Below the pieces are notes generated by a model that was given only the letters and a program-made list of their open reading frames with translations, did no database searches and was not told the origin of the DNA. A DNA stretch of 64,000 nt from Cladosporium halotolerans (taxonomy: Eukaryota): assembly GCF_011745625.1 (NCBI RefSeq), contig NW_027191458.1:248001-312000 (forward strand). Reading direction: 5' to 3'. The translations under genes and the position numbers were made by a program. The first letter of the stretch is position 1. Every line of letters begins with the position of its first letter. Positions 49,778 to 63,684 of this stretch are shown in pieces.

Positions 49778-50148
49778 TTTGGGCCAGAGCGTGTGGAGAG
49801 ACGGGCGTTTTGCGGTGTTCGATCTTCTCCATTGGACATGTCGTTATATAACAGGCGAGACTCACAATCTATGACGCTGGCGTTTTGATTGAGGATTCGG
49901 GCGGACGGCCTGTAGCAGACCAAGGAAATATTATTTGAAGCAGAACATTACCAAGGCCGATTCTCGGCGCAATTGGCAATTCAAGCCTCACAGATCGATG
50001 AGGTATTGCAATTGAAAAGTGGCATTTCAGCAACACCAACCCAATGTTCCAGGCTCGCTGGATTATCATCACTGTCTCCGTCCGTCTCGTACATGAGTTC
50101 CGCCCAATGCTCTATTTCCATTCAAACACCACAACCCTCCAACATCCC

Positions 50149-51384
50149 TTAATCCTCCTCCTCCGCACTCTCCGTCGCATCCAACTCCCTCAATACATTC
50201 TCCACCTCCCTCGGATCACTGATCCCCCAAACCCCACCCCCCTTCACACTCCCCTTCATCCCCACCTCCTTCCCGACCAAATTCCTCCCCACCTTCCCCG
50301 GCCCAATCCCAATCCACCGCCGCACCTTGTCCTCCTTGTGCAAATACACAATGCTATCATGCCACAGCACCGTCTCGACCGCCTGCCGCGCGAGCAGATC
50401 CTTCAACTGCTCTTTGCTCTCGAACGGCCGCGCCGTCACATTGCTTATCGCGGGGATCCTGCCGGGCCACATAACCACATCCTCGCCCTTCGCCGTCGGC
50501 GACTCCTGCGCCAGCGCGCGCCGCATCAGGTCCGCCGCCGGCGCCATCAGCGGCGAGTGGAAGGGGGAATCGCTCTTCAGCCGCACGGCGCGCGGGTCGT
50601 GGCCCGCGAACTGCCGCAGGTGCGTCAGCAGCTCGTTGATCCGGCGAATACTCCCCGAGAGGACAATCTGGTTCTTCGCGTTGACGTTGGCCACCATGAC
50701 CTCTTCGACGGCCGGCGTCGACGCCGCGTCGTCCTGCCCGTGGCCCAGAAACGAGTGGATGGCCGCGACCATAGCGCCCATGTGCTCCGCCTCGCCGACG
50801 AGCGCGACCATGCCGACCTCCTCGCCCAGGCCGCGCGAGCAGCGCTCGAAGACCTCGCCGCGGCGGCGCACGAGCTTGAGCGCGTCCGGCTCGCGCAGGT
50901 AGCCGCCGGCGACGAGCGCGGCGAACTCGCCGAGGGAGTGGCCGAGGACGACGTCGATGCGGTCCGCGGTGCGGAAGCCGAACTCGCGCTCGAGGACGCG
51001 CAGGATGAGGATGCTGGTGGCCATGATGGCGGGCTGGGCGTTTTGGGTCGCGGTCAGGGCGCTGTTGGGGCCGTCGGCGATGATGCGGGTGAGGTTTGTG
51101 TTGAGGGTGGCGTCGATTTCGTCGAGGAGGGGCTGCACGGTGCGTGGGAAGGCGGCGAGCCAGTCGGTGGTCATCCCTACGCGCTGCACGCCTTGGCCGG
51201 GGAAGAAGAGGGCGGTGCGGGGGCGTTTTTTGGGCGGGGGTGTGGTGGAGGCATGGCGGTGGGGTTGGGTGTGTGGTTGTTGGGGTGTGGTTTTGGCGGT
51301 TGTGTATATTGCTGGTCGGAGGGTTGGTGGGAGTGAGAGGAGGGATGTGGAGGGGTGGGTGAGGCGGAGGGCGGAGCGGGACAT
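50149..51384 (-). CDS. MCT1: Malonyl-CoA:ACP transacylase, mitochondrial FAS II
   Basis: FFPGQGVQ, TQNAQPAI, GHSLGE, ANVN..QIVLSG and PFHS motifs, with a presequence. Confidence 0.93.
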   Translation of the reverse strand: MSRSALRLTHPSTSLLSLPPTLRPAIYTTAKTTPQQPHTQPHRHASTTPPPKKRPRTALFFPGQGVQRVGMTTDWLAAFPRTVQPLLDEIDATLNTNLTRIIADGPNSALTATQNAQPAIMATSILILRVLEREFGFRTADRIDVVLGHSLGEFAALVAGGYLREPDALKLVRRRGEVFERCSRGLGEEVGMVALVGEAEHMGAMVAAIHSFLGHGQDDAASTPAVEEVMVANVNAKNQIVLSGSIRRINELLTHLRQFAGHDPRAVRLKSDSPFHSPLMAPAADLMRRALAQESPTAKGEDVVMWPGRIPAISNVTARPFESKEQLKDLLARQAVETVLWHDSIVYLHKEDKVRRWIGIGPGKVGRNLVGKEVGMKGSVKGGGVWGISDPREVENVLRELDATESAEEED

Positions 51385-52440
51385 TGCTCCCGGGGTGGAG
51401 GGTGGAGGGCAGTAGTGTTTGGTTTATAGTATGAATATAGGAGGACTGTTTGTTTGTGTTTCAAATGCTGTGCCACCAGCGGCGAGGAGGAGCGTGAATG
51501 GCGATTGTATGCGTGAGCGCCAAACACCTGGGGTGCAGGCGATGTCATGGAGCTCGCAGCCCAGAAGCCCAGACGACGTGGAGCTCCCCGCGAAACACCT
51601 CGGCTCCTTCGTCGGATGCATCCGGCGGCAACCGGCTGGACGGGACAGGGCAAACATTGCGTGCGGTATGGAGATTTGTACCAGAGCCACGCTATGTTGC
51701 TTGAGCAGTAGGAGTTGTAGAACTGTGGAGTGTGTCCTCTAAGCAGAGCGTATATACGTCGGGCTGATGGCGTTGCATATTTCTAAGGTTCGCCATGATC
51801 GACCGGTTACCGCCCTACCCTAAGGTGTGCCGGCAAATCCTCAGGCCTCACGTTAAGGCGGGGAGTCTGGGACTACTGACTCATCTGGGTTGCTCTCAAG
51901 CAGAGTGGAGTTCAAGGCTACAAGTCAGGCCATCAGTCGGACGTTATAGCGCCGAGCATCTGTATTACATCGATACTCCTTTTAGTCGTTGTCGTGTGTC
52001 CCGCAGAGGTTCACAGACGCAGCGGCAAGTATGGAGCGGCTCGAGTGTGGAAGTCGGCTGGGGCTCCCGTCGCTCATCCGGAAGTTTGACGCCTACGAGA
52101 TTGTGTGGCACAGTGGTCATTCCACATTGTCAGCTCTCCAAATGGGAGAGAAGCCATAACACGCTACCTCTACTCTTAATCAACTACAATCAATTTTTTC
52201 CCCAGAGCATCTAGGCCATGTAGTGCACTCGAATACGTAGCAGACCTCTCAAGCCTACAAACTTTCAGACCACAGGTGGGCAAAGCTTATCCGCTAGTTC
52301 GTGCGCGCCCGTCCAGCTCGTTTGGCCAAGGCCTCTCTCACAAATTGCTACACCAACCCATCGACACCCTCGCGCCTGCCCCCTCTCCCGCCCATACACA
52401 TGCCCTTGCCGGGGAGAGGAGGAGGAAACAACTCGGATCC

Positions 52441-55400
52441 ATGGCCGCCCAGGTCACCACGCCCTCGCCCTTCCAGCGGGCTCTCTTCGCCAGCCCCGAC
52501 CCGAACAGCGCCAACCACAGCCTCTTGCCGCACACCATCTGGGCATCGCGCATCATGTATTCCGCCCAGGCCCTCGCTTTCCCCCTCGCCTTCTGGTTCA
52601 AGCCGGTCTGCGTGGCCTTCGCTCTGGTCTGGCTCATCTACCGCGCCTACCAGGTGCTGAACAAGCCATTGGACGAGCTCGCTTCGCTGCTGGGCTTCGA
52701 CATCCCGTTCACGCCCATCATCGACCTGGCTGGCGTGAAGGCCGACGGCGCGGTCATCCACTGGTCGCTCCCGGAGAAGCAAAAGCACCGCAACACGCTG
52801 AAGTACGAGATACACGTGAACGGAAACATCATAGACACCGTGTCACTGCATGAGTCCGCTGTGGTTATCACCGGCCTCCAGCCGGACTCTTTCCACGTCG
52901 TGCGCGTGGCGCTCGTCAACAGCTTGGAGTTCAGCTCTAAGAGCGCGCCCATCCGCTTCCGCACCAAGCAAGCCGCTTCAGGAGATTTTTACAGGATCGT
53001 GGGCGAAGGACACGATGCCGAGCACGAGACCGCCCAGGAGATCTTGCCGCACGTCAAGCCCTTCCGTGGGCTTAAAGACTTCACGCCTGCGTCGCCGCAA
53101 GCGATCGCGCCTCCGATGGCGAGGGAGAACAGCAGCGGCGGTGTGCACAAGCGGAGCAGCACTGGGCGCAGGCCGTCTCCGGCGACTCTGGGCATCGAGA
53201 GCAAGCATGAAACAGCGGCTGGAGCAGTGGAAGCTGCCGAAGGCGCGGAGACGATTCAGCAACTGACCCAGAAGCTCGACAAGATCAGATTCGAAACAGA
53301 CGAGGCGGAGAAGCTGGCGAAAGAAGACGAAGAGGAGGAGTCTCGCATGAAGGAGGATTTGATTAAAGAGAGAGATGCACTGCGGACGGATGCCCAGAAG
53401 AAGGATCAGGTCAATCGCAACCTGAAGCGCGAGGTCAATGTCCTGGAGAGGCAAAATACTGCTGCGCAGAACGAGCGGACCAAGCATGAGAAGTTATTGT
53501 TGCAGAAGAAACAGGAAAGACAGAAGTTGAAGGATGATATGATCAAATGGGAGCAGGAGACGGAGCAGTTCAAGCTTGAGATGGAGGAGATTAAGAAGCA
53601 GAAGATCGAATATCTTGAGCAGATTGCCTCCGAGAAGGAGAAGCTTCGCCAACAGCAGGTGGACGATATGGCATCTTTGAAAGCTCTCGATGAGGAAGTT
53701 CGTGAGACTACTGCTGAGATTAAGAAGCTGGAGCGTGCCGCGAAGAACAGCTCTCCGAACGGCGCGGAGCCGGAACCGAGCCTCGTTCAACAACTCCAGC
53801 AGGATGCCGACGAAGACCGCGCTCACCAGATCCGGAGGTACGACCTTGGACATCAGTATGCTGTAGTCGCGCAAAATCTCGACAGAGCCAGGAACATGCA
53901 CGCTCAGCACATGAAATATCTTGAGAATGCGCGAGCAGAACGTAGACGCACTGATGAAGCTGCTGTCGCTTCTGCTGCAGCCACTGCTGCGAGAGAATTT
54001 CCAAGCCCACCTCCCGCATCTGACCGTGGCATTAGGAGAGGTGACAGCCAACGCAGTCGCCACACCAGCAACGACAGCCCACGCATGAGCACATTCCCCC
54101 CGGTGGCATCGTCTTCTCCATTCGGCAGTGGCTTGACGTCGACTGCTTTCAACGCGGCACCTTTCCTCAACATCCACAATGGAATGACTATTCCGGGCCC
54201 ATCGGAAAGTTTGAATATCAACGAGGAAGAGAAGGAAAGACTGACCGGCGGTGCGCCAATGAGCCCCGGTGCTGGCGCCGAGCTTCTACCCGCAGATCTG
54301 TTCTCCAACGACGACAACCGCCCTTCAGCGGAGAACGTTCAGCCGTTGCCAGGCTTGGGTGCACTACCTGGACTTGGAGGCATGAGTCTGCCCGGATTAG
54401 GGACTCAGCCAGGCCCGCAAGAGTTTACGGCACCGGGCCCAGCTTCGCCGACTTCACCACCAAGCCGCACACCCAGCCTGTTCGCATCGCCTCGCGTTTC
54501 GCAGAACAACCTGCCAAATTCTCCCGACAATTACATGGATTCCGACCGGCGATCTATTCATTCTACTAGATCGAACCGCGCGAACTCTAGTGCAAACGCC
54601 GGAAGCAGATTCAGTAGTATGTTCGGCATCAAACCGCGTCTTAAGAATTCGTCAATGGACGACAGCAGTGCAGGACCGGCTTTGGGTAAAGTCCAGTCCC
54701 AGTCCATGCCTCGCCAGGATCAAGGCCTTCCTGGGCTCGACTCTGCCGCTAGGAGACGGAACAGCTCGGTTTCTGGAACGATGTTCGGCGCCGTTCTGAA
54801 CAAGGATGAGACTACAGATGCGGATGGCGGCGCGGACAGCACCTCCAATGAGCCGAGCTCCCAGCCTAGAAGGCGCCCGTTCACTCTGAACCCGTTTAGT
54901 AGAGACAAGGGGCCTGACGGCTGGCCGTCTACTTTTATGGGACGCCGTCCTGCTTCCCCTCGTCCGGGATCAACTCATTCTTCGGAACTTCCTCGCCCGA
55001 GCTTTGACAGCAGCCGCTGGGGTGTGGATACATGGCCCTCTAACGATGCTGCCAGCGGCGTCCGAGGTAGTCCGCTCTCATTTGTAGGAGGAGGATGGAA
55101 TGTGCCGCTTGGCGGCCAGCAGTCGCGTATGCTCGGCTCGCGCCACCCGTCTAGGAGACCTTCAGTGCAGCACGGCGCTTCCGGTCCGCCCGAGGACATC
55201 ATGGAGGATGAGGACTCCGACGCCCTGGACTCAGACAGGAAGCCTCATCTGGCTCCCATCGGCACCAAGCCCTCGTCCGCCGGCTCCAAGAAAGCAGACC
55301 AGCAAGAAACCGAAGACCCAACCGACCCCAAACTCAACCCCAACGCCAAAGACTTCAAGTCCTTCCTCTCATCCATCCGCCTCAGCAGCAAAGACAAAGA

Positions 55401-55935
55401 AAAGCTCAAGGAAGCCGAAGCCGCCCAGACGCCCCAAGGCACGCCCAACCTCAGCGCCCACAACAACAACGACGACGACTCGCCCCCGCAGTCCCGCAAA
55501 TCCCGCGACGCCCGCAGCACAACAACCATCGAGTCCTCCGTCGGCGAATCCATGCGCAACTCCACCGACCTCGCGCGCACGCCGTCCTACTCCAACGCCA
55601 GCGAAGCCGCCTCCAACGCCTCGCCCATGCTCGGCTCCGGCTCCTTCGGCAAGGAGTCGTTCATGTCGAAGCTCACGCGCAAGAGCAGCAGCGGCAAGTT
55701 CTCGCTGCCGACGTTCAAGCGCGACAAGTCCCGCTTGGATCCGGCGGCGAACGAGGACGACGAGGAGGCGCTGAGCGCGAGCGGCCGCGAGAGCAAGGAG
55801 GTGCAGAGGGGTGGGCGGAGCTGGAGCAATGCGCTGAAGATTGGGAAGAAGAAGGGGGGCGGCGGTGATGCGCCGAGCGTGAGTGGGTTGAGTGTTGCCA
55901 GTGGGGCGGAGGAGGAGGAGGGGAGGGAGAGGTGA
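52441..55935 (+). CDS. Membrane-anchored fibronectin type III / coiled-coil protein with a long disordered C-terminus
   Basis: Hydrophobic N-segment, FN3-like IHWSLP...YEIHVNG...ITGLQPDSFHVVRV, an E/K-rich coiled coil and a Ser/Pro-rich tail. The start is uncertain (52441 or 52555). Confidence 0.85.
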   Translation: MAAQVTTPSPFQRALFASPDPNSANHSLLPHTIWASRIMYSAQALAFPLAFWFKPVCVAFALVWLIYRAYQVLNKPLDELASLLGFDIPFTPIIDLAGVKADGAVIHWSLPEKQKHRNTLKYEIHVNGNIIDTVSLHESAVVITGLQPDSFHVVRVALVNSLEFSSKSAPIRFRTKQAASGDFYRIVGEGHDAEHETAQEILPHVKPFRGLKDFTPASPQAIAPPMARENSSGGVHKRSSTGRRPSPATLGIESKHETAAGAVEAAEGAETIQQLTQKLDKIRFETDEAEKLAKEDEEEESRMKEDLIKERDALRTDAQKKDQVNRNLKREVNVLERQNTAAQNERTKHEKLLLQKKQERQKLKDDMIKWEQETEQFKLEMEEIKKQKIEYLEQIASEKEKLRQQQVDDMASLKALDEEVRETTAEIKKLERAAKNSSPNGAEPEPSLVQQLQQDADEDRAHQIRRYDLGHQYAVVAQNLDRARNMHAQHMKYLENARAERRRTDEAAVASAAATAAREFPSPPPASDRGIRRGDSQRSRHTSNDSPRMSTFPPVASSSPFGSGLTSTAFNAAPFLNIHNGMTIPGPSESLNINEEEKERLTGGAPMSPGAGAELLPADLFSNDDNRPSAENVQPLPGLGALPGLGGMSLPGLGTQPGPQEFTAPGPASPTSPPSRTPSLFASPRVSQNNLPNSPDNYMDSDRRSIHSTRSNRANSSANAGSRFSSMFGIKPRLKNSSMDDSSAGPALGKVQSQSMPRQDQGLPGLDSAARRRNSSVSGTMFGAVLNKDETTDADGGADSTSNEPSSQPRRRPFTLNPFSRDKGPDGWPSTFMGRRPASPRPGSTHSSELPRPSFDSSRWGVDTWPSNDAASGVRGSPLSFVGGGWNVPLGGQQSRMLGSRHPSRRPSVQHGASGPPEDIMEDEDSDALDSDRKPHLAPIGTKPSSAGSKKADQQETEDPTDPKLNPNAKDFKSFLSSIRLSSKDKEKLKEAEAAQTPQGTPNLSAHNNNDDDSPPQSRKSRDARSTTTIESSVGESMRNSTDLARTPSYSNASEAASNASPMLGSGSFGKESFMSKLTRKSSSGKFSLPTFKRDKSRLDPAANEDDEEALSASGRESKEVQRGGRSWSNALKIGKKKGGGGDAPSVSGLSVASGAEEEEGRER

Positions 55936-56893
55936 GGTGGGGTGAGGTTTGGAGGGGAGGAGGGGGGATATAGAGGGATATATCGAGTATATATAATCAT
56001 CAGCAGCATCTGAAGGTGCTAGTGAAGGATCACATTGGCTTTCTGTGTTCAAAGTTTGATTTCCATAACGTGATGAGCGGACGTCGCACAACGATCTAAT
56101 CAGCGCAGAAATCCACCTCGATGGCGTTTGGAGACGTTTTCCGCCATGTCGAAACGCACGCCCGCCACGCATCTGGGAACCTGCGTGACAACAGATGCCT
56201 CTCCTCGATCCGAATACGATTGAAGAGATTGCCGTCTCCGACGCCAGCGTATCCCGACCTCGTTTCTGTGTTTTGAGGAACCTGTCTAAGATCCAATCCA
56301 TGCCACAAGGAATTCGTGATACGCGGGGTACTGACGACAAGCACAATCTTCATGGATAAGCTGGTCCTACGTGATGACCAACAGACAAAACCCACCTTCC
56401 GCCATCTCCGGACCGTCGCCCACGTTGCCCTCTGGCGACATCGCGTTCGAAGGCCGTACTTCGGGGAGAAAGGGACGGGCGATAGCTGGCTGGCAGCGCG
56501 GGGCCGGCCTATCAGGTTTGTGATGATGTGGCTGTTTGATGTATTTATTTGTATGGCGTTTCTGAGGGAAGTTCAATTGCGTGTTGGGTGAGCTCATGCG
56601 GTTGACGGTACTGCATGATAGGCGCTTCATTATTGACCAGCTCGCTGGAAATGCTGCCGCATACTGCAAGGCTGCCAGGCTGAAATGACGATGACTCTTT
56701 GGTGGTGGCCGACGACGGCGTGCAGCGTCTGGTTGAGCTCGGCGCTGCGGGGATCTCCCCCTCCATTTTAGCTCCCAACGCAGCTGGCGGGGTGTCAGTG
56801 GGAAAAAAATAACAACACCTCGTGTCACTTCCCAGCGTCCTCCTTCCTCCGACAACCACAACACACATACCACAACCACCCGAGAAGCTTCAG

Positions 56894-58552
<1,659 letters not shown>

Positions 58553-59613
58553 GCTGCTGATTAGTAGTGGCTCTGGCTTTCTTCATGAAAGGTTCAATGA
58601 TATGACGAGGATGACGGCTCGGATGCATGGCTAGGGCTGGTCGAATGAATAGCACAAAAATGAAAAGTAAACGAACGGATTTCTCATCAATCATCGCCCT
58701 TGAGGTTCTATTTGATGCCCTTGTCATCCCTCGCTCTCCATGCAGTGAAACGCCGGTATTGCTCGGTCGTCAAAACATACACAAAGTACTTGCCCTGACA
58801 ATGATAATAATGTGGGTCCGACGACGCGATGGATTTTGCCCGCCCGGCTTGCAGATCAGGGACCGGCCGAGCGACATCACTTCCTCAACTCGCAGGGAGC
58901 GTTTGTTGTCATGTACTACTGCGTGGGTGAACGATCTTCACGTCGAAACAAGAGACTGCCGCGCAGAAAAGGGCATCGCAGTCATCAGCCGCGTGGCTCG
59001 CGAATGCGACGCGGTTGCAAGTCCACAGCAGCGATTCCTGGCTCTCGCATTCCGGGCTCGTCGAGAGAGCAACGGACGGAGCGTACGTACGCGCGCGCAG
59101 CCCTGGCCCCTGACCATGCTCGAGCGAAAGCCGTGAAGAAACAAGATGTGACAAGTTTGTTTCCGCCAAAAGCCAGACGATCCTGACACCTGAAGCTGCC
59201 CGACACGGAAAAAAAGCCAAAAACGCCCCCCTGGACAGCGTGACCGGACGGATCAGGGCAAGCGGGCGTTTTTGGGCGTTTGCGCCGGCCAGCTCTAGAC
59301 GCGCGCGCCGCGACCCGACACCAATGGCTGCGCAACGCCATTCCAACCGCGAGCGAGGCACAGGGAATGCGGAGCGCAGGGCTGCCCCGTTGGGCTGGTC
59401 AATAGAGTGTCGTACGGTTTTTAAAAGAAGGGTCCGCCTCGCTGCTGCTGTGGGAGTGTTTGTGGTTTGTTCTGAGACTCTCGACCTCACCTCACTACCT
59501 TGCTACCTACTGACCCACTCCGTTCTGCTCGCCTGCTGTACCTTACCTTACCCTACGCACCTGCAGCAAAACAGCAACATCGTCAAAAGTCTCATCTTGA
59601 TAACTCAGCAACC

Positions 59614-60270
59614 ATGCACACAACCACTCTGACCGCCCTCACCCTCACCCTCCTCACCTCGCTCGCCTCCGCGCAGATCCCCGGCCTCCCGACCTGCGCC
59701 GCCAGCTGCGTAGGCGACAGCTTCGGGTCGTGCAACTCGCTCGACGTCCAGTGCATCTGCAGCAACACCGAGCTGCTCAGCGGCCTCTCGTGCTGCGTTA
59801 GCAAGGCTTGCAGCAAGGAGGACCAGGACAGTAAGTTGTCGCCGCTTTCAAACAGAAACGCAATGACCGGACAATGAACGGCGACTGACATTCCCACAGA
59901 AACCCTCCAATTCGCCAACTCCCTCTGCGCAGGCCAGGGCGTCAGCAACCTGCCCACGGCCGCGACCTGCGCCGGCGACGCCGCTGCCTCTACTACCGCG
60001 GCCTCTTCGCAGGCGCAGAGCAGCGCCGCCAGCACCGAGTCCATCACCTCCTCCGCGTCCGCCGCGAGCGCCAGCGCCAGCGAGGACAGCAGCTCCACGG
60101 CTTCGGCGGAGGAGACGTCGTCGAGCACGGAGGAGGCTTCTTCCTCGGCCAGCGAGACGGGGTCGGAGACGGCGAGCAGCACGCCGGCGGCGTCGACGGG
60201 CGGCGCGGAGGCGCTGGCTGTGGGGTTGGGGGGTGTGGTTTTCGCGGCGGGGTTGGTGGCCGTTTTGTAG
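59614..60270 (+). CDS. GPI-anchored CFEM-domain protein; exons 59614-59830, 59900-60270
   Basis: Signal peptide, CFEM PTCAASC...CNSLDVQCICSN...SCCVSKAC...LC...TC, Ser/Thr stalk and a hydrophobic C-terminal GPI signal. Confidence 0.92.
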
Positions 60271-61256
60271 TGAGGGATGGAGAGGGGAAATTGGGGATGG
60301 AGATGTTGCGGTACGATACCTTGGGTTTCGGGGCGTTGCTAGCAGTTTACTGAGACCTTTGATCTTTTTTTCTCCTTTCCTTACCTGCCTCTTCGCGTGC
60401 GCTGTGCGGACTTTTGCTACGATGTCATGTTCTCGCTTGCTCTCCATGCAAGGGCAGTGCTGCTTGTGCTTGCGCCACGCTGCGTGCAATGCTACATTAA
60501 TAACACACGCTTTTGGCGGGGAACATCACTGTTTGGATACATATATAGTGTTGTTCCACGCCAAATAACACGAGCTCTTATATCTTATCTGACTTTACCA
60601 CTCGGGTATAAATCGCGCAAAAGCGCACCACCCACTGCCGTGCTGGCCCATCACCCCCACTCGGCTCTCGGCTCTGCGGCCCTGCAGTCTGGGGCTGCGA
60701 CATGGTGTTCGTAAAGCTCCAGCTTCAGCTTGCGAGCAGCGGAGTATTTGTCCGTCAAAATCAAGCAATCGATGTAGAGATCGCAGGAATAATCCCTCTC
60801 TCGTACGCAATGTAATTCTGCTCCCCTCTCCCCTCTGCAGCTGTCAACCACCACCTGCATATCTCCGCCGTGAGCAACAAATCTGAGGGGACACAGGGCG
60901 GTGACGCAAAGCCCTGCAGCCGGCGCATGCAGACGTGCATAGGCAGCTTCCCGCTAGGAACTGGTTCCAAGGACGCTTGCAGAGGCGCTCGATTCGTTTG
61001 CGATAAGAGCTTCTTGCTTCGCCGGGGGAGGGACCTGTTCCTTTACCTTCGCGCTCCATGCTCGTACGACTGTTGGAGTTTGTGATCGTGCGTGGTGCGA
61101 CTTGACAGCTGACGGCCATTGAGCGAGCTGTGAGCTGACATTATTCTCGCGACTTCACTTGACTTGCGACTTGCCCCGCTACAAAGCTACAAACACCAAC
61201 GCACGGCATATCAGCAGCCACTTGAAGACGTATTCATTACGCTACGCAGCGCCAAC

Positions 61257-62039
61257 ATGAAGTACACCGGTCTCAAGCAGATGCTGGCAATCGGCTTCCT
61301 CGCCCTCGCGACAGCCTGTAAGTACCAACACCTGCAACCTACCAAACCGCCGCCGCCGCCACCACACCAGCGTCATCTTCGCGAACCAAACGACCAAACA
61401 AGAACCCACCGCTAACTAACACCTCCACCAGCACCCCACCCAAACCCGCAAACCCAAGACCCCATCGACCCAAACCCCTCCCTAACCTTCTCCCTCCGCA
61501 ACCCAACCATCACCAACTTCAGCACGCAAGCCAACAGCACCGCCTTCACCACCCCTCCCCGCACCTCCTCTATCCCAACAACAAGCACCAGCTCCCCAAC
61601 CCTCACCGCCCTCGCCTCCTTCACAGCCCCGAACGGCGGGCAATACGACGCGACCGCGCTGGACGGCACGCTGCGCATCGCGGGCTACACGCTCACGCCC
61701 GGCGGGCCGGACGCGCTGGTCGGCGGCGTGCGAGTCAGCGCGGGGGAGAGCGGGCTGGTGCACGGGGGCACGACGGCGGCGTACCAGACTGTGACTGCGG
61801 AGGCTTCGGCGACTTCGGGTCAGGGGAGGAGCACGGTGGAGAGCACGACGGAGGTGCAGGCTTCTGCTACGACGGCGTCGGGGGGTGAGAGTGCGAGTGA
61901 GAGTGCGACGGGGTCTGGGTCTGAGAGCGAGAGCGCGAGCGCGGCGGCGACGGGCGGTGCGGCGGTGGCGGTGGCGAGGTCGAGGGGTGCTGTTGTTGCG
62001 CTTGGGGGGATTGCGGGGATGTTGTGTGTTTTTGGGTAG
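61257..62039 (+). CDS. Secreted, putatively GPI-anchored Ser/Thr-rich cell-surface protein; exons 61257-61317, 61432-62039
   Basis: Signal peptide MKYTGLKQMLAIGFLALATA, intron GTAAGT...CTAAC...CAG, TLTPGGP segment, S/T/E stalk and a hydrophobic C-terminus. Confidence 0.82.
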
Positions 62040-62471
62040 GGCAGGGTGTAATGGTTAGGGCGTGAGTGGATGAAGTGAAGAAGCGAAGAATTGAGCGGTT
62101 GACGCCGGCAATTCGATTATGGTATTCGATGATGAACAGTTTCTGAGACGATTGACGGGTAGCGAGAAAAGTACAAGAGGGAAAACATTTCCACCTACCC
62201 TGATTTCTTTCACGTCCAGGCCCAGCATTCCACCAGACACAGATTGAGATTTTGGAGAGACAAAAGCGTCGAGGCAGCGATCAATGGTTAAGCGGCCAGC
62301 TCGCGTCATAAACGAGGCCTCCATTTTTGCGATCTTGCTCAAGCGTAAAGGTAAAGCTCCGATAGGCCCGGATATATCCTCATGCTACGGGAAAATAGCC
62401 TCGCTCTTGCGCCGTTGCCGAAACCACATTTGAATTTTGTCATCGAAAACCACAATCCACCTTCCAGCTTT

Positions 62472-63341
62472 TTACCTGACGATGCCCTCGAAGCGGTTCT
62501 TGTACCACTTGATGACCTCGGGGGCGTTGACCTTGTGGGAAGCACCAACGCGGGTCTTCGCGCGCCTGCGGCGGGCGACACGCTCACCGGGACGGGACCT
62601 TCAATCTTGTTAGTTACTGGCTCCAACCTCCACAACTCTTTCATGCACTCACATGACAACGTAGAAATCCATGCCGTAGATACCGATCGCAGGGTCGTAC
62701 TTGATACCCAGGTCGATGTGCTCGGAGATACCGAAACCGAAGTTGCCGGTCTCGGAGAAGTTGCGCTTGCGGAGCTCGTACTCCTTAACCTTGAGGCCAC
62801 GCTCGAGGATCTCCTCGGCCTTGGCGCCACGGACGGTGACGTGGACGGAGATCTTCTCGTTACGGCGGATACCGAAGGTACGGACGGTGTAGCGGGCCTT
62901 GCCTGTCGAGGCGTTAATTTTCCATTTCCCTCATGCCATCTTCGGATATTGCCTCGTTTTTGGGCGGTGATTCGACGTACTGTAGACGGGAGTCTGACCG
63001 CTCAGCTGCTCGAGCACCTTGGCGGCACGGGTGAGCCTGTCACCGGACTCGCCGACGGAGATGTTCAGGACGAGCTTCTGGATGCGCAGCTCGCGCATGG
63101 GGTTGGCGGCCTTGTCAACGGCACCCTGGGTCTTGACATTCTGGCCGTCGGCCTGCTGCTGCGAGGACTGTCCAATGGCCTATACGTCGAGATGTGTTAG
63201 CCCGCAGTTCCTCCTCTGCAGCAATTTTCCGATCGCCAAAGTCCGTCGCATGTCCCAATCTCTTGCGCCGTTCGAGGCCAAATTTCGCTCCAATTCCATA
63301 TGCTCGAATTGTTCTGGGTGTATAGAGGGCAGTCGTACCAT
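62472..63341 (-). CDS. RPL11: 60S ribosomal protein L11 (uL5); exons 63341-63339, 63179-62981, 62902-62653, 62598-62472
   Basis: [34 protein letters not shown]...[24 protein letters not shown]. The first coding exon is ATG only, and there are three introns (the last with an AAG acceptor). Confidence 0.96.
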
Positions 63342-63684
63342 TTTGTTGGATTTGAGTCGTCCCGGTGGTCGTTGTTGTCGGAGTCGCTGGTGTCGAGAAG
63401 TCCGCTGGCCTGGAGAGCAAGATTTCGGGAGGAGAGTGCGCTTTGCCAAGTGCCGCTAGCAGCCCGCATGACTCGGGTGCGCGGCCGACTTGCTGCGACG
63501 AACTTCACTTTCTTCGCCAGCGGCGCGCGAGCCCATTGCATGTGATTGGCGCAGACCCTCTGCGCGCGACTGCACTTCCCGTCATTGCTACCTCGACGTC
63601 CATCAGGTCGCGCGATCAGCACCACGCCTACCTACCAAAACACCCAAGAACCCAAGTCGTGCCCAGGCACGCCCGACACCCAGC

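Noticed and set aside
50044..51336. 430-aa plus-strand ORF antisense to MCT1, and similar long antisense ORFs over enolase, RPL11, MetRS, CaMK, the acyl-CoA dehydrogenase and 11665-12672
   Set aside because: These are shadow ORFs expected from high GC3 codon bias on the opposite strand, and they show no protein-family motifs.
46723..51384. Acyl-CoA dehydrogenase + malonyl transacylase (+ methyltransferase) as a secondary-metabolite cluster
   Set aside because: Both look like mitochondrial housekeeping enzymes with presequences, they are separated by a CaM kinase, and there is no PKS/NRPS in the window.
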